Assembly (NCBI GenBank): GCA_963846425.1
Contig: CAWJVW010000007.1
Coordinates: forward strand, 13,759 to 77,758
Length of the DNA stretch: 64,000 nucleotides
Direction of reading: 5' to 3'
Origin: an uncultured Acidobacteriota bacterium
GTDB taxonomy: Bacteria; Acidobacteriota; Vicinamibacteria; Vicinamibacterales; UBA2999
Below are positions 10,134-20,050 of this stretch, in pieces. A program made the position numbers and the translations under genes. Under the pieces are notes generated by a model. The model saw only the letters and a list, made by a program, of their open reading frames with translations, did not search any database and was not told the origin of the DNA. Within the stretch, counting starts at the first letter, position 1. Every line of letters begins with the position of its first letter.

Positions 10134-11429
10134 TTAACGGCCGATCGAGTTGTAGGTAAAGCCGTGAGCCTTCATTTGTTGCGGCTGATAGATGTTACGC
10201 CCGTCGAAAATCACAGGTGTCCGCATGAGCTTCCGCATTCGAGAAAAATCCGGCTCGCGGAACTCGTGCCACTCGGTGATGATCGCCAGCGCATCCGCCC
10301 CTTTGAGCGCGTCATAACTCGACGCGGCATACTGCACCTTCGACCCGAAGATTGCTTTAGCGGTTTTTGACGCTTCCGGATCATACGCCTGCACTTTGGC
10401 GCCTTTCTCGAGCAGAGTCTGCACGATCGGAATCGCCGGCGCCTCACGCATGTCATCGGTCTTGGGCTTGAAAGCAAGGCCCCAGATGGCAATCGTCCGA
10501 CCTTTGATTGAACCGAAGTGCGCCTCCAGTTTCTTCACCAGAACACGCTTTTGCAGATCGTTGACGGCTTCAACCGCCTTCAGGACCTTGAAGTCGTACT
10601 TCCGGTCCGCCGAAAAGCGAATCAGCGCCTTGACGTCTTTCGGGAAACAGCTGCCGCCATATCCGACGCCGGGGAAAAGAAAGGAGGGGCCTATCCGCCG
10701 ATCCGACCCAACCGCCTGACGGACGCGGTCCACATCAGCACCGAACTTCTCGCAGACATTCGCGATTTCGTTCATGAACGAGATCCGCGTGGCAAGCAGT
10801 GCATTGGCGGCATACTTGGCCAGCTCGGCACTCGCGCAGTCCATGATCATGATCGGCGCACCGGTGCGCGTGAAGGGCTGATAGAGGGACACCATCATCT
10901 CGGCGCCTCGCGGATCCTCGGCTCCAATCACCACGCGATCCGGCTTCATGAAATCATCGACGGCCGCGCCCTGCTTGAGAAACTCGGGATTGCTCACCAC
11001 GCTGAACGGATGCGTGGTTTCACGCCGGACGACGGCACGCACCTTCTCCGCTGTCCCAACCGGGACCGTGCTCTTGTTGACGATGACCTGGTACCCGTCC
11101 ATAGCGCGACCGATCTCGCGGGCCACGGCCATCACATGCTGAAGGTCGGCGGACCCGTCCTCGCCCTGTGGCGTGCCAACGGCGATGAACACAATCTGTG
11201 CGCCTTTGACCGCCCGTGGAAGTTGCGGCGTGAATGTCAGTCGACCCTCGGCGGCGTTCTTGCGAACGAGCTCCGTCAGGCCAGGTTCATAGATCGGGAC
11301 CTTGGCCTTCCGCAGCATGCGAACCTTAGCGACATCCTTATCGACGCACGTGACGTCGTTGCCTGTCTCAGCCAGACAAGCGCCGACCACCAGCCCAACA
11401 TAACCAGTTCCCACAACAGCTATCTTCAT
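10134..11429 (-). CDS. ugd: UDP-glucose 6-dehydrogenase
   Basis: GTGYVG, KSTVPVGT, SNPEFL, GYGGSCFPKD, LAFKPKTDDMRE. Confidence 0.95.
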   Translation of the reverse strand: MKIAVVGTGYVGLVVGACLAETGNDVTCVDKDVAKVRMLRKAKVPIYEPGLTELVRKNAAEGRLTFTPQLPRAVKGAQIVFIAVGTPQGEDGSADLQHVMAVAREIGRAMDGYQVIVNKSTVPVGTAEKVRAVVRRETTHPFSVVSNPEFLKQGAAVDDFMKPDRVVIGAEDPRGAEMMVSLYQPFTRTGAPIMIMDCASAELAKYAANALLATRISFMNEIANVCEKFGADVDRVRQAVGSDRRIGPSFLFPGVGYGGSCFPKDVKALIRFSADRKYDFKVLKAVEAVNDLQKRVLVKKLEAHFGSIKGRTIAIWGLAFKPKTDDMREAPAIPIVQTLLEKGAKVQAYDPEASKTAKAIFGSKVQYAASSYDALKGADALAIITEWHEFREPDFSRMRKLMRTPVIFDGRNIYQPQQMKAHGFTYNSIGR

Positions 11430-11555
11430 CAGCTAGGCTCGCTCTCTCGTTAATGTATCGGCTTGACCCGAAACTTTGGAGGGTATCACCCACATATGGG
11501 GCTGTCAACATACTGACCCACAAGGACTTGCCGTGTTTGTGGTACTCTCGGCGCG

Positions 11556-12686
11556 GTGCGGATTCTGCTCGACTACCGGCCGGCGCTGCGCGATCGGAGC
11601 GGCGTCGGGGAGTTCGTGCATGGGCTGACCCGCGCACTCGCGGTTCGGCCGCACGACGATGAGGTGGCGATCTTGACCACCTCGTGGAAGGACCGCCCGT
11701 CGTCGGAGCTCGCCGCCGAGCTGCCGGGTGTCGCCGTGATCGATCGTCGCCTGCCTGTTCGACCACTTACCTGGATGTGGAATCGCATCGAATGGCCGCC
11801 GGTTGAATGGTTGGCGGGCGCCGCTGACGTCGTCCATGGACAGGCGCCTGTCTTGATACCGGCCTCGCGCGCGGCGCAGGTGATCACGATCCACGACCTC
11901 CACTTCCTTGCCTGGCCTCATCGCAGCGAAGCAGAAATCCGCCGGGACTTTCCCGCGCTGGTGCACAACCACGCCCAGCGTGCTGATCATATTGTCGTCT
12001 CCTCGAAATATGCGGCCGGCGAAGTCGTGCGGGAGCTTCGCGTCTCACCCGATCGCGTGACCGTCTGCTCGCCTGGTGTGCCCGAGTGGGCAGGCGCGAT
12101 CGCGTTGGAGCGTGCGAGCCGCAAGAGTGGCTCGATCATTCTGTTTCTGGGCACGTTGGATCTGAGGAAGAACATCACAGGGCTTCTGGATGCGTATACC
12201 GAGTTGCGCGCGCGCCGCGCCGACGCCCCTCCCCTGGTATTGGCGGGGCGCGTGACCGAGTCTGTACGGATCGAGCTCGGCCGCGTCGAGCGGCCGCCAC
12301 TTGCCGGTCATGTCACGGTCCCTGGGTACGTCAGCAACGAGGAACGTCAGCGCTTGTATCGTGACGCACGGATGCTCGTCCTGCCGTCGCTGGAGGAAGG
12401 ATTCGGGTTGCCTGTGCTCGAAGCGATGGCCTGTGGCCTGCCCGTCGTCATTTCCGACCGCGGGTCGCTTCCCGAGGTAGCCGGCGATGCGGCGTCGCCG
12501 ATCGATCCGCTCGATGCGGATGCGATGGCCACCGAGATGGAGCGTCTGCTCGATCCGGACGCCGCCGCGGTGGCGGCAACCAACGGGCTCGCACGTGCCG
12601 CGTGCTACACGTGGGCTGCGACGGCACAAGCCGCGCGAGCTGCCTACCGCGCGGCGATTGCGGCGCGCGCGAGGCGCGCTGGATGA
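11556..12686 (+). CDS. Glycosyltransferase family 4
   Basis: TIHDL, RKN, EGFGLPVLEAMACG. Confidence 0.9.
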   Translation: MRILLDYRPALRDRSGVGEFVHGLTRALAVRPHDDEVAILTTSWKDRPSSELAAELPGVAVIDRRLPVRPLTWMWNRIEWPPVEWLAGAADVVHGQAPVLIPASRAAQVITIHDLHFLAWPHRSEAEIRRDFPALVHNHAQRADHIVVSSKYAAGEVVRELRVSPDRVTVCSPGVPEWAGAIALERASRKSGSIILFLGTLDLRKNITGLLDAYTELRARRADAPPLVLAGRVTESVRIELGRVERPPLAGHVTVPGYVSNEERQRLYRDARMLVLPSLEEGFGLPVLEAMACGLPVVISDRGSLPEVAGDAASPIDPLDADAMATEMERLLDPDAAAVAATNGLARAACYTWAATAQAARAAYRAAIAARARRAG

Positions 12687-13774
12687 GAATCGCCGTCGAT
12701 GCGCGCGAGCTCATCGGCCGACCGACGGGCGTGGGTCGGTATCTGTCGGAGCTAATCGCGCGATGGACGGACAATCCCGCCGCTCGGCGCCATGATTGGG
12801 TGCTTTACGCGCACCAGCGTCCCTCCTTACCCGAGGCCTTCAGACCCGCAATCGAAATCGTACCCGGTAGCGCTGGCACCCGATGGGAGCAGTGGTCGTT
12901 CCCCCGCGCGTTGATACGCGCCCGTGTCGATGTGCTGTTTGCCCCTGGATACACGGCGCCCCTCACGGCTTCCTGTCCGACGGCGCTGACCATCCACGAT
13001 GTCTCGTTCTTCGCGCACCCGGAGTGGTTTTCCTCGAGAGAAGGCGCTCGCCGGCGAGGCTTGACCGCGTGGTCGGCCCGACGCGCGGCGGTCGTGTTGA
13101 CCGACTCGCAGTTCTCGCGTGACGAGATCGTGGATCGCATCGGCATTCCCTCGGACAAGATTCGTGTGGTGCCGCCCGGATTGACGCGGCCGATCACCTC
13201 ACCGAGCCGAGAGCGCGAGCCCGTCATTCTGTTTGTGGGCTCCATCTTCCGGAGACGTCACATCGATCGCCTGATCGCGGCATTCGCCGAGTCAGTGGCG
13301 TTGCGAGTGCCGGGCAGCCGGCTTGAAATCGTGGGCGAGAATCGAGCACACCCACCATTGGACGTGTCCACATTGCTGGCCTCATATCCTCGCGAGGCTC
13401 GAGACCGCATGACGCTGCGCTCGTACGTGGACGAGCACGCGCTGGCGGATCTCTATCGCCGCGCAACCGTGTTTGCGTTTCCATCCCAGTACGAGGGCTT
13501 TGGCTTCACGCCTCTCGAGGCGCTAGCGGCAGGAATCCCCTCGGTAGTGCTGGACACTCCGATCGCCCGTGAGGTGTACGGACCTGCGGCACGATACGTG
13601 AATCCTGACTTGACGAATCACGTGGCCTTGGCCGACGCCCTCGTCGAGCTGTTGACGAGCCCGGCCGCGCGCGACGCGATCCTCCAGCACGCTGACACGG
13701 TGTTGGCCCGCTACGACTGGAGTACGACCGCTGCCGCTACGCTCCGCGCCATCGAGGAGGCCGCGGGTGTCTGA
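12683..13774 (+). CDS. Glycosyltransferase family 4
   Basis: MRIAVDARE start (ATGA overlap with upstream stop), TIHDV, YEGFGFTPLEA. Confidence 0.9.
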   Translation: MRIAVDARELIGRPTGVGRYLSELIARWTDNPAARRHDWVLYAHQRPSLPEAFRPAIEIVPGSAGTRWEQWSFPRALIRARVDVLFAPGYTAPLTASCPTALTIHDVSFFAHPEWFSSREGARRRGLTAWSARRAAVVLTDSQFSRDEIVDRIGIPSDKIRVVPPGLTRPITSPSREREPVILFVGSIFRRRHIDRLIAAFAESVALRVPGSRLEIVGENRAHPPLDVSTLLASYPREARDRMTLRSYVDEHALADLYRRATVFAFPSQYEGFGFTPLEALAAGIPSVVLDTPIAREVYGPAARYVNPDLTNHVALADALVELLTSPAARDAILQHADTVLARYDWSTTAAATLRAIEEAAGV

Positions 13775-14597
13775 TTCGCGATCGCTCGCGATCGTCATCG
13801 TCTCCTACAACGTCCGCGACGAGCTCGAGGCCTGCCTGCGCTCCATCGTGGGACCAACTGAACCCTTCGCGACCACGATCACCATCGTTGACAACGGTTC
13901 GGTTGACGGAACCGTTGAAATGGTCCACGAGCGTTGGCCAAGCGTGAAGTTGATTGTGGCTGGCGCCAATCTTGGATTCGCGCGAGCCAATAACGTGGGC
14001 ATTCGTGAGACGCCCGGCGCTTACGTGCTGCTCCTGAACCCCGACACCGTTGCGCGCCCGGGGGCAATTGCGGCGCTGCTCCGCGCGCTCGAGTCGCACG
14101 TTGAAGCCGGGGCAGCGGGGCCTCGGCTGGTCGATGAACACGGCGCCGCCGAATTGTCGTTCGGCTGGGCAATTGGGCCGTTCGGCGAACTTCGGCAGAA
14201 AATCATCGGCGAGCTCTATCACCGCGGCGTGTCGTCGGTCGTCGATCGCGTCGAGCGTTGGACACGTGAGCCTGGCGAGCGCGAATGGGTCAGTGGTGCG
14301 TGCCTCCTGGTGCGTCGAGTCGATCTCGAGGCCGTAGGCCTGCTCGACGAGCGCTATTTCATGTACACGGAGGACGTCGACCTCTGCGTGCAGCTCGGTC
14401 GCCGAGGCCGCAAGATCCTGTTCGTGCCCGAGGCGGAAGTCGTGCATCTCCGCGGCCGATCGGCGGGACGGAATCCGCGGACCGAGCAACGCCGGCGAAA
14501 CAGTCAGCTTGCCTATTACGAGAAGCATCACCCCGCCTGGCTGCCGCTTCTCAAGCTTTATTTACGCGTGACCGGAAAAAATCCCTCCACGGAATAG
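13767..14597 (+). CDS. Glycosyltransferase family 2
   Basis: IVSYN, VDNGSVDG, NLGFARANN, LLNPD, FMYTEDVD. Confidence 0.9.
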   Translation: MSDSRSLAIVIVSYNVRDELEACLRSIVGPTEPFATTITIVDNGSVDGTVEMVHERWPSVKLIVAGANLGFARANNVGIRETPGAYVLLLNPDTVARPGAIAALLRALESHVEAGAAGPRLVDEHGAAELSFGWAIGPFGELRQKIIGELYHRGVSSVVDRVERWTREPGEREWVSGACLLVRRVDLEAVGLLDERYFMYTEDVDLCVQLGRRGRKILFVPEAEVVHLRGRSAGRNPRTEQRRRNSQLAYYEKHHPAWLPLLKLYLRVTGKNPSTE

Positions 14598-14735
14598 CGG
14601 AAAGGCGGAAAGACAGCCGCAGATTACGCCGATTACGCAGATCTTGAATACGCAAAGACACGAGGGCGTGCCGGCACCGCCCGGGCGGTCCGATTCCGCG
14701 TTTCCGCCGTTCCGCGGATAAACGCAATAATCTGT
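14589..14735. repeat. Short tandem repeats (8-9 mer) arranged as inverted arms
   Basis: CGGAA-containing units x3 and CGCAGATTA-like units x3, then inverse TTCCG units x3 and ATAATCTGTG. Confidence 0.6.
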
Positions 14736-14745
14736 GTCATCCCGA

Positions 14746-15858
14746 ATGCGCATCGCGATTGACGCACGTAAGCTCCACGACTTCGGCATCGGCACCTACA
14801 TCCGCAACATCCTGTCTGGGCTTGCGCGGCTGGACAGTGAGAGCGAGTACATCGTGCTCTGCCGTCCGGAAGACAAGGAGGCCGCTGGCGGAGTCGGGAC
14901 GAATTTTCGAGCCGTGATCGAAACGTCACAGCCCTATTCGGTCAGCGAGCAGATCCGCATCCCGCTGAGTCTGGCCCGCGAAGGCGCACACTTGTTCCAC
15001 GAACCGCACTACGTACTGCCGGTTGCGACGCGATGCCGCGCCGTGGTGACCATTCACGACTGCATTCACCTCATGTTTCCCCAATACCTGCCCGGAACGC
15101 TCGCGCACCTCTACGCGCGCGGGGCGATGTGGGCCGCCGTGCGGAAATCGGATCGGATTCTCACCGTGTCCGAAGCCTCCAAACGTGACATTTTGCGGTT
15201 TTTCGACATCCCTCCCGAAAAGGTGGCCGTCATCTACAACGCGATCGATGAGCGATTTCTCGCGCCGCCGGACGAAGAGCGGATGGATCTGATTCGGCAG
15301 CGGTATCAGCTCGACCATCCGTTTGTCCTCTACGTGGGCAACATCAAGCCGCACAAGAATCTCGAACGCCTGATTGACGCCTTTGGACGGGCGCGTGCCC
15401 GAGGGCTCGATGATTTGCGGCTGGTGATTATTGGCGATGAGCTGTCGAGATATCCGCCGCTTCGGCAAGCGGTGCATCGCCACCGGTTGGACAAGTACGT
15501 CCGCTTTCTCGGCTTTCAGCCGCACGAGACGCTCGCGGGCTTTTATCGGCTCGCACGCGCCTTCGCGTTTCCATCGCTGTACGAGGGTTTTGGCCTGCCG
15601 CCTCTCGAAGCCATGGCTTGCGGCACGCCGGTCGTCACATCGAACGTGTCCTCGCTGCCGGAAGTTGCTGGCGGCGCGGCGTTGCTCGTGGATCCCTACG
15701 ATGCGACATCGATCGCCGATGCTATTACCCGTGCAGTCACCGACGAGCCGCTCCGGCAGGACCTGATCCAACGGGGCCTCGCACGAGCGCGAGCGTTTTC
15801 CTGGAGGCAGTCGGTCGCCGCAACGCACCGCATCTATCTGGAAGTGCTCGAGCGGTGA
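14746..15858 (+). CDS. Glycosyltransferase family 4
   Basis: MRIAIDARK, TIHDC, VGNIKPHKN, YEGFGLPPLEAMACG. Confidence 0.92.
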   Translation: MRIAIDARKLHDFGIGTYIRNILSGLARLDSESEYIVLCRPEDKEAAGGVGTNFRAVIETSQPYSVSEQIRIPLSLAREGAHLFHEPHYVLPVATRCRAVVTIHDCIHLMFPQYLPGTLAHLYARGAMWAAVRKSDRILTVSEASKRDILRFFDIPPEKVAVIYNAIDERFLAPPDEERMDLIRQRYQLDHPFVLYVGNIKPHKNLERLIDAFGRARARGLDDLRLVIIGDELSRYPPLRQAVHRHRLDKYVRFLGFQPHETLAGFYRLARAFAFPSLYEGFGLPPLEAMACGTPVVTSNVSSLPEVAGGAALLVDPYDATSIADAITRAVTDEPLRQDLIQRGLARARAFSWRQSVAATHRIYLEVLER

Positions 15859-16991
15859 AGGTCGCGCTCATTCACGACTGGCTGACGGGCATGCGGGGCG
15901 GCGAGCGAGCCCTCCTCGCCTTATGCGAGCTGTTCCCCGACGCCGATCTGTTCACGCTGGTACGCGTGCCTGGCGCGACCGATCCCATCATCGAGCGTCG
16001 CCGCGTGCGCACCTCGCCGATCCAGTCGCTGCCCTTTGCCGGAAGGTTATATCGACAGTACCTGCCCCTGTTCCCTCTCGCCATCGAGCAGTTCGGGCTC
16101 GACGGCTACGATCTCGTGCTCAGCACGAGCCATTGCGCCGCCAAGTCAGTCGTCGTGCCGGGCCGAACGCGCCACGTGTGCTACTGCTTGACCCCCATGC
16201 GCTACGCGTGGGACCAATTCGAGGCCTACTTTGGCTCCGAGCGCGCCGGCGCGACCACCAGCCGAGTGATGCGGGTGGTGATGGCCGGGCTGGCGCGGTG
16301 GGACCGAGCGACCGAAGGGCGCGTACACCGCTATCTCGCTATCTCTCAATATGTTGCGCGGAGGATCTCGCTCTACTATAATCGCCAGTCGAGCATCGTG
16401 TATCCCCCGGTCGAGACCGCCTTCTACACGCCTGCCCCGAGCGAGCCCCCGCCAGTCGAGGCGAGCGAGCCGGAGCGAGTCGAAGGGTTCTTGGTGGTTT
16501 CGGCGCTGGTGCCTTACAAGCGCGTGGACCTGGCAATCATCGCAGCCCAACGTGCTGGTGCGTCGTTGACCATCGTCGGCGACGGGCCAGAACGCGCGCG
16601 GCTCGAGGCACTGGCAGGCGGACAGGTGCGCTTCCTGGGCTGGTCCACGAATGAAGAGATTCGCGACTTGTACCGATCCACGATCGCCACGATTCTGCCG
16701 GGTGAGGAAGATTTTGGCATCGTCCCGCTCGAAGCCCAGGCGTGCGGCCGTCCCGTCGTCGCGCTCGGGCTTGGTGGCGCGCGGGAGACCGTGATCGATG
16801 GCGAAACGGGTGTCCTCGTCGAGCCAGGCGAAAACGCACTCGTCGAGGGCCTTCGTCGCGCGTCGTCAGGGACGTGGGATTCCGACCGCATTCGTCGTCA
16901 CGCCGAGCGCTTCAGTCGCGAACGATTTGTCCGGGAGATCTGCGAAGTGATTGACGACACCATGGCCGCGCCCCCCGCACATCGATGGTAA
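15855..16991 (+). CDS. Glycosyltransferase family 4
   Basis: GTG start (GTGA overlap) MKVALIHDWLTGMRGGE, EEDFGIVPLEAQACG. Confidence 0.9.
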   Translation: MKVALIHDWLTGMRGGERALLALCELFPDADLFTLVRVPGATDPIIERRRVRTSPIQSLPFAGRLYRQYLPLFPLAIEQFGLDGYDLVLSTSHCAAKSVVVPGRTRHVCYCLTPMRYAWDQFEAYFGSERAGATTSRVMRVVMAGLARWDRATEGRVHRYLAISQYVARRISLYYNRQSSIVYPPVETAFYTPAPSEPPPVEASEPERVEGFLVVSALVPYKRVDLAIIAAQRAGASLTIVGDGPERARLEALAGGQVRFLGWSTNEEIRDLYRSTIATILPGEEDFGIVPLEAQACGRPVVALGLGGARETVIDGETGVLVEPGENALVEGLRRASSGTWDSDRIRRHAERFSRERFVREICEVIDDTMAAPPAHRW

Positions 16992-18427
16992 AGCGCCACA
17001 ATCGGCTGCTGGTCGCCTTTCACATCGTCACCGACGCCCTGCTGGGCATGGCGGCGTTCGTCCTCGCGTATTTCTTCCGGTTCGAGACAGGCTTCATCCC
17101 GGCGCCGAAGGGTCAACCACCGCTCGGCCAGTATCTCGACATCCTGCCGATCATCGCGATCATCGTCCCGCTGGCCTTCCAGCTGCAGGGGCTGTACCGG
17201 CTGCGACGCGGGCGATCGCGCATCGACGACTTCTTCAACGTTCTCGTCGGCAGCGTCATCGCGGTCGTGCTCGGAGTGGTGGTCACCCTGTATGTCGGCA
17301 CCTACTACACGTCGGACGCTCAGAGAGCGCTCGGCGCGTATCAGGTTTCGCAGTGGGGCTGGGCGATCTTTCTTGTTTTCAACATTGTTCTCACGTATCT
17401 GTCGCGCAAACTGGTGCGCGAAGCGTTCGAGCGCCGCTGGATTGCGGGCGTCGGACTTCGTCGAATTCTGATTGCCGGCGCCGGGGAGCTTGGACGGATG
17501 GTGGCCGATAAAGTCCTCGAGCACCGCGAGCTCGGCTACCAGATCATCGGGTTCCTCGACGATCGCGCTGGCGGTGATCACCTGGGGTATCGCGGCCTTC
17601 CGCTGCTCGGTCGCCTGGAGGAGGCGGCGGACATCGTGCGGCGCGAGCGAGTGGACCACCTCTACGTGGCACTCCCGCTCGAGGAGCACATGAAGCTGCT
17701 CGATCTTGTCGAATCAACCAGCCGCGAAGGTGTGGACGTCAAGGTCGTCCCTGACCTGCTGCAGTTCATCGCGTTGCGCGCCCGGCTCGAGGATCTTGAC
17801 GGCGTTCCGGTCATCAACCTCAACGACGTGCCGCTTCAGGGCGTCAATGCCGTCGTCAAACGTGCGCTCGACATCGCGATCTCGTCTGCGGCCCTCGTCG
17901 CGATGTCGGTGCCGATGCTCATCATCTCGTGGCTCATCAAGCGCGATACTGCAGGCCCGATCTTTTATCAGCAGGAGCGGATGGGCCTCGACGGCAAGCA
18001 GTTCGTGGTTTACAAGTTCCGCACGATGCCGGTCGATGCGGAAGCGGACACCGGACCGATCTGGTCCGATCAGGACGACCCGCGCGCGACGCGCGTCGGG
18101 CTGTGGCTGCGTAAGCGCGACCTCGACGAGTGGCCGCAGTTCTGGAACGTGTTGAAAGGCGACATGTCGATTGTGGGCCCACGCCCCGAGCGTCCGTTCT
18201 TCGTCGAGCAGTTCAAGCATCGGATTCCGCAGTACATGCTGCGGCACAAGGTGAAGGCGGGTATAACTGGCTGGGCGCAGGTCAACGGGTGGCGTGGGAA
18301 TACCTCGCTCGAAAAACGTATCGAGTACGACTTGTATTACATCGAGAACTGGTCAGTGTCTCTCGATCTGAAAATCATGTGGCTGACGCTCATCCGCGGC
18401 GTCTTCGCTCAGCGCCCGGCAGCTTAG
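16985..18427 (+). CDS. Undecaprenyl-phosphate glycosylphosphotransferase (WcaJ/WbaP type priming transferase)
   Basis: N-terminal TMs, KRALD, YKFRTM, DEWPQFWNVLKGDMSIVGPRPER, GITGWAQ. Confidence 0.93.
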   Translation: MVKRHNRLLVAFHIVTDALLGMAAFVLAYFFRFETGFIPAPKGQPPLGQYLDILPIIAIIVPLAFQLQGLYRLRRGRSRIDDFFNVLVGSVIAVVLGVVVTLYVGTYYTSDAQRALGAYQVSQWGWAIFLVFNIVLTYLSRKLVREAFERRWIAGVGLRRILIAGAGELGRMVADKVLEHRELGYQIIGFLDDRAGGDHLGYRGLPLLGRLEEAADIVRRERVDHLYVALPLEEHMKLLDLVESTSREGVDVKVVPDLLQFIALRARLEDLDGVPVINLNDVPLQGVNAVVKRALDIAISSAALVAMSVPMLIISWLIKRDTAGPIFYQQERMGLDGKQFVVYKFRTMPVDAEADTGPIWSDQDDPRATRVGLWLRKRDLDEWPQFWNVLKGDMSIVGPRPERPFFVEQFKHRIPQYMLRHKVKAGITGWAQVNGWRGNTSLEKRIEYDLYYIENWSVSLDLKIMWLTLIRGVFAQRPAA

Positions 18428-18433
18428 CCACCA

Positions 18434-19378
18434 ATGTCTCAGGAACGCGTCGTCATCACAGGGGTCGCCGGCTTTATCGGCTCTCACCTGGCCGAGGCTC
18501 TTCTCGATCGTGGCTACGCTGTCATCGGCATCGACAATCTGCTCACCGGCGACATCGCCAATATCGCGCATCTGCACAACCGCGATTTCGAGTTCATCAA
18601 GCACGACGTCACCAATTACATCTACATTCAGGGACCTGTGCACTACGTGCTGCACTGGGCCAGCCCCGCGAGCCCGATCGATTACCTCGAACTGCCGATC
18701 CCTACGCTGAAAGTTGGCGCGCTTGGCACACACAAGGCGTTGGGTCTGGCAAAGGCCAAGAATGCGAGATTCGTGATTGCCTCGACCTCCGAGGTGTATG
18801 GCGATCCGCTCGAGCATCCTCAAAAGGAAACCTACTGGGGCAACGTCAATCCCATAGGTCCTCGTGGGGTGTACGACGAAGCCAAGCGGTTTGCCGAGGC
18901 GATGACCGTCGCTTACCACCGGTATCACGGCCTTGACTCGAAGATCGTACGCATCTTCAACACTTACGGTCCGCGCATGCGCATCCGCGACGGCCGTGCC
19001 GTGCCGGAGTTCATCTCGCAGGCGCTTCGTAACGAAGATGTCACGGTCTTCGGCGACGGGCGGCAGACGCGCAGCTTCTGCTACATCAGTGATCTCGTCG
19101 ATGGCATCATCAGGCTGATGCTTTCATCCGTCAACGATCCGGTGAACATTGGCAATCCGGCAGAGATGACGATCGAGGAGATCGCACGGGTCATCATCGA
19201 GATGACGGGCTCGAAGAGCCGGATTGTCTACAAGGCCCTTCCCGAAGATGACCCGAAGGTGCGCAAGCCAGACATCACCCGCGCGCGTACCTTGCTGGGC
19301 TGGGAACCGAAAGTGGACCTGCGCGAAGGCCTGGGACACACCATCGGGTACTTTCGGTCGAAAGTGCTGGAATCGTAG
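18434..19378 (+). CDS. UDP-glucuronate decarboxylase (UDP-xylose synthase) family SDR
   Basis: [54 protein letters not shown]. Confidence 0.9.
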   Translation: MSQERVVITGVAGFIGSHLAEALLDRGYAVIGIDNLLTGDIANIAHLHNRDFEFIKHDVTNYIYIQGPVHYVLHWASPASPIDYLELPIPTLKVGALGTHKALGLAKAKNARFVIASTSEVYGDPLEHPQKETYWGNVNPIGPRGVYDEAKRFAEAMTVAYHRYHGLDSKIVRIFNTYGPRMRIRDGRAVPEFISQALRNEDVTVFGDGRQTRSFCYISDLVDGIIRLMLSSVNDPVNIGNPAEMTIEEIARVIIEMTGSKSRIVYKALPEDDPKVRKPDITRARTLLGWEPKVDLREGLGHTIGYFRSKVLES

Positions 19379-19500
19379 GACCGCTTCGCCCGGTAGGACC
19401 GCTTACACCCGGTAGGAATGAGGGGGCTCGCCGTTCGGCTCGCCTTTAGGCTGCTATCTGGAGGTGCTCCCTCGCCGCGAACGCAGTGAGCGGTCCTAGG
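19375..19500. repeat. GTAG-type REP-like repeats
   Basis: GTAGGACCGCTT x2 plus a third GTAGG, and inverted copy AGCGGTCCTAG at about 19489-19499. Confidence 0.65.
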
Positions 19501-20050
19501 CGTTGATGATCTTCGCCACTCTGAACACGTAGTCGATCCCCGACGCCAGCGTGATCGCGAGCGATCCCCAAATGAAGACGTCGACGACCCACGATGTCGT
19601 GTTGAGATAGTTGAAGTACATCACCACGACGCACGTCAAGATGAAGAATGCCGTGGCGCCCTTGCCGAGCAGCGATGGCTTGAAGGTCCGCGGGCCAACG
19701 GCCAGGCTCACAATCGCAACGGTGAGCACGATGCCCACGTCGCGGCTGATGATGAGAATCGTCAGCCAGATGGGAATTCGGTTTACCAAACCAATGTTTG
19801 GCAGCGTCAGCACGATGAACGTGGTGACCAGGAGGAGCTTGTCGGCCGCCGGATCGAGCCACGCACCAAGGTCCGTCTTCTGATGGGCGGCGCGCGCAAT
19901 CAGACCGTCGAGCGCGTCGGTCGCACCTGCAAATGTGAACACCGCCAGCGCCCAGCCAAAGTAACCATAGACCACCAGCAACACGAATGCCGGGATGAGC
20001 AGCATGCGGAGCATGGTGATCTGATTGGCGATGGTAAAAATGGCGCCCTC
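19496..20050 (-). CDS. CDP-alcohol phosphatidyltransferase (PgsA/Cls-like); start codon uncertain
   Basis: ANQITMLR, TDALDGLIAR...GAWLDPAADK motif. Confidence 0.88.
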   Translation of the reverse strand, partial: EGAIFTIANQITMLRMLLIPAFVLLVVYGYFGWALAVFTFAGATDALDGLIARAAHQKTDLGAWLDPAADKLLLVTTFIVLTLPNIGLVNRIPIWLTILIISRDVGIVLTVAIVSLAVGPRTFKPSLLGKGATAFFILTCVVVMYFNYLNTTSWVVDVFIWGSLAITLASGIDYVFRVAKIINA

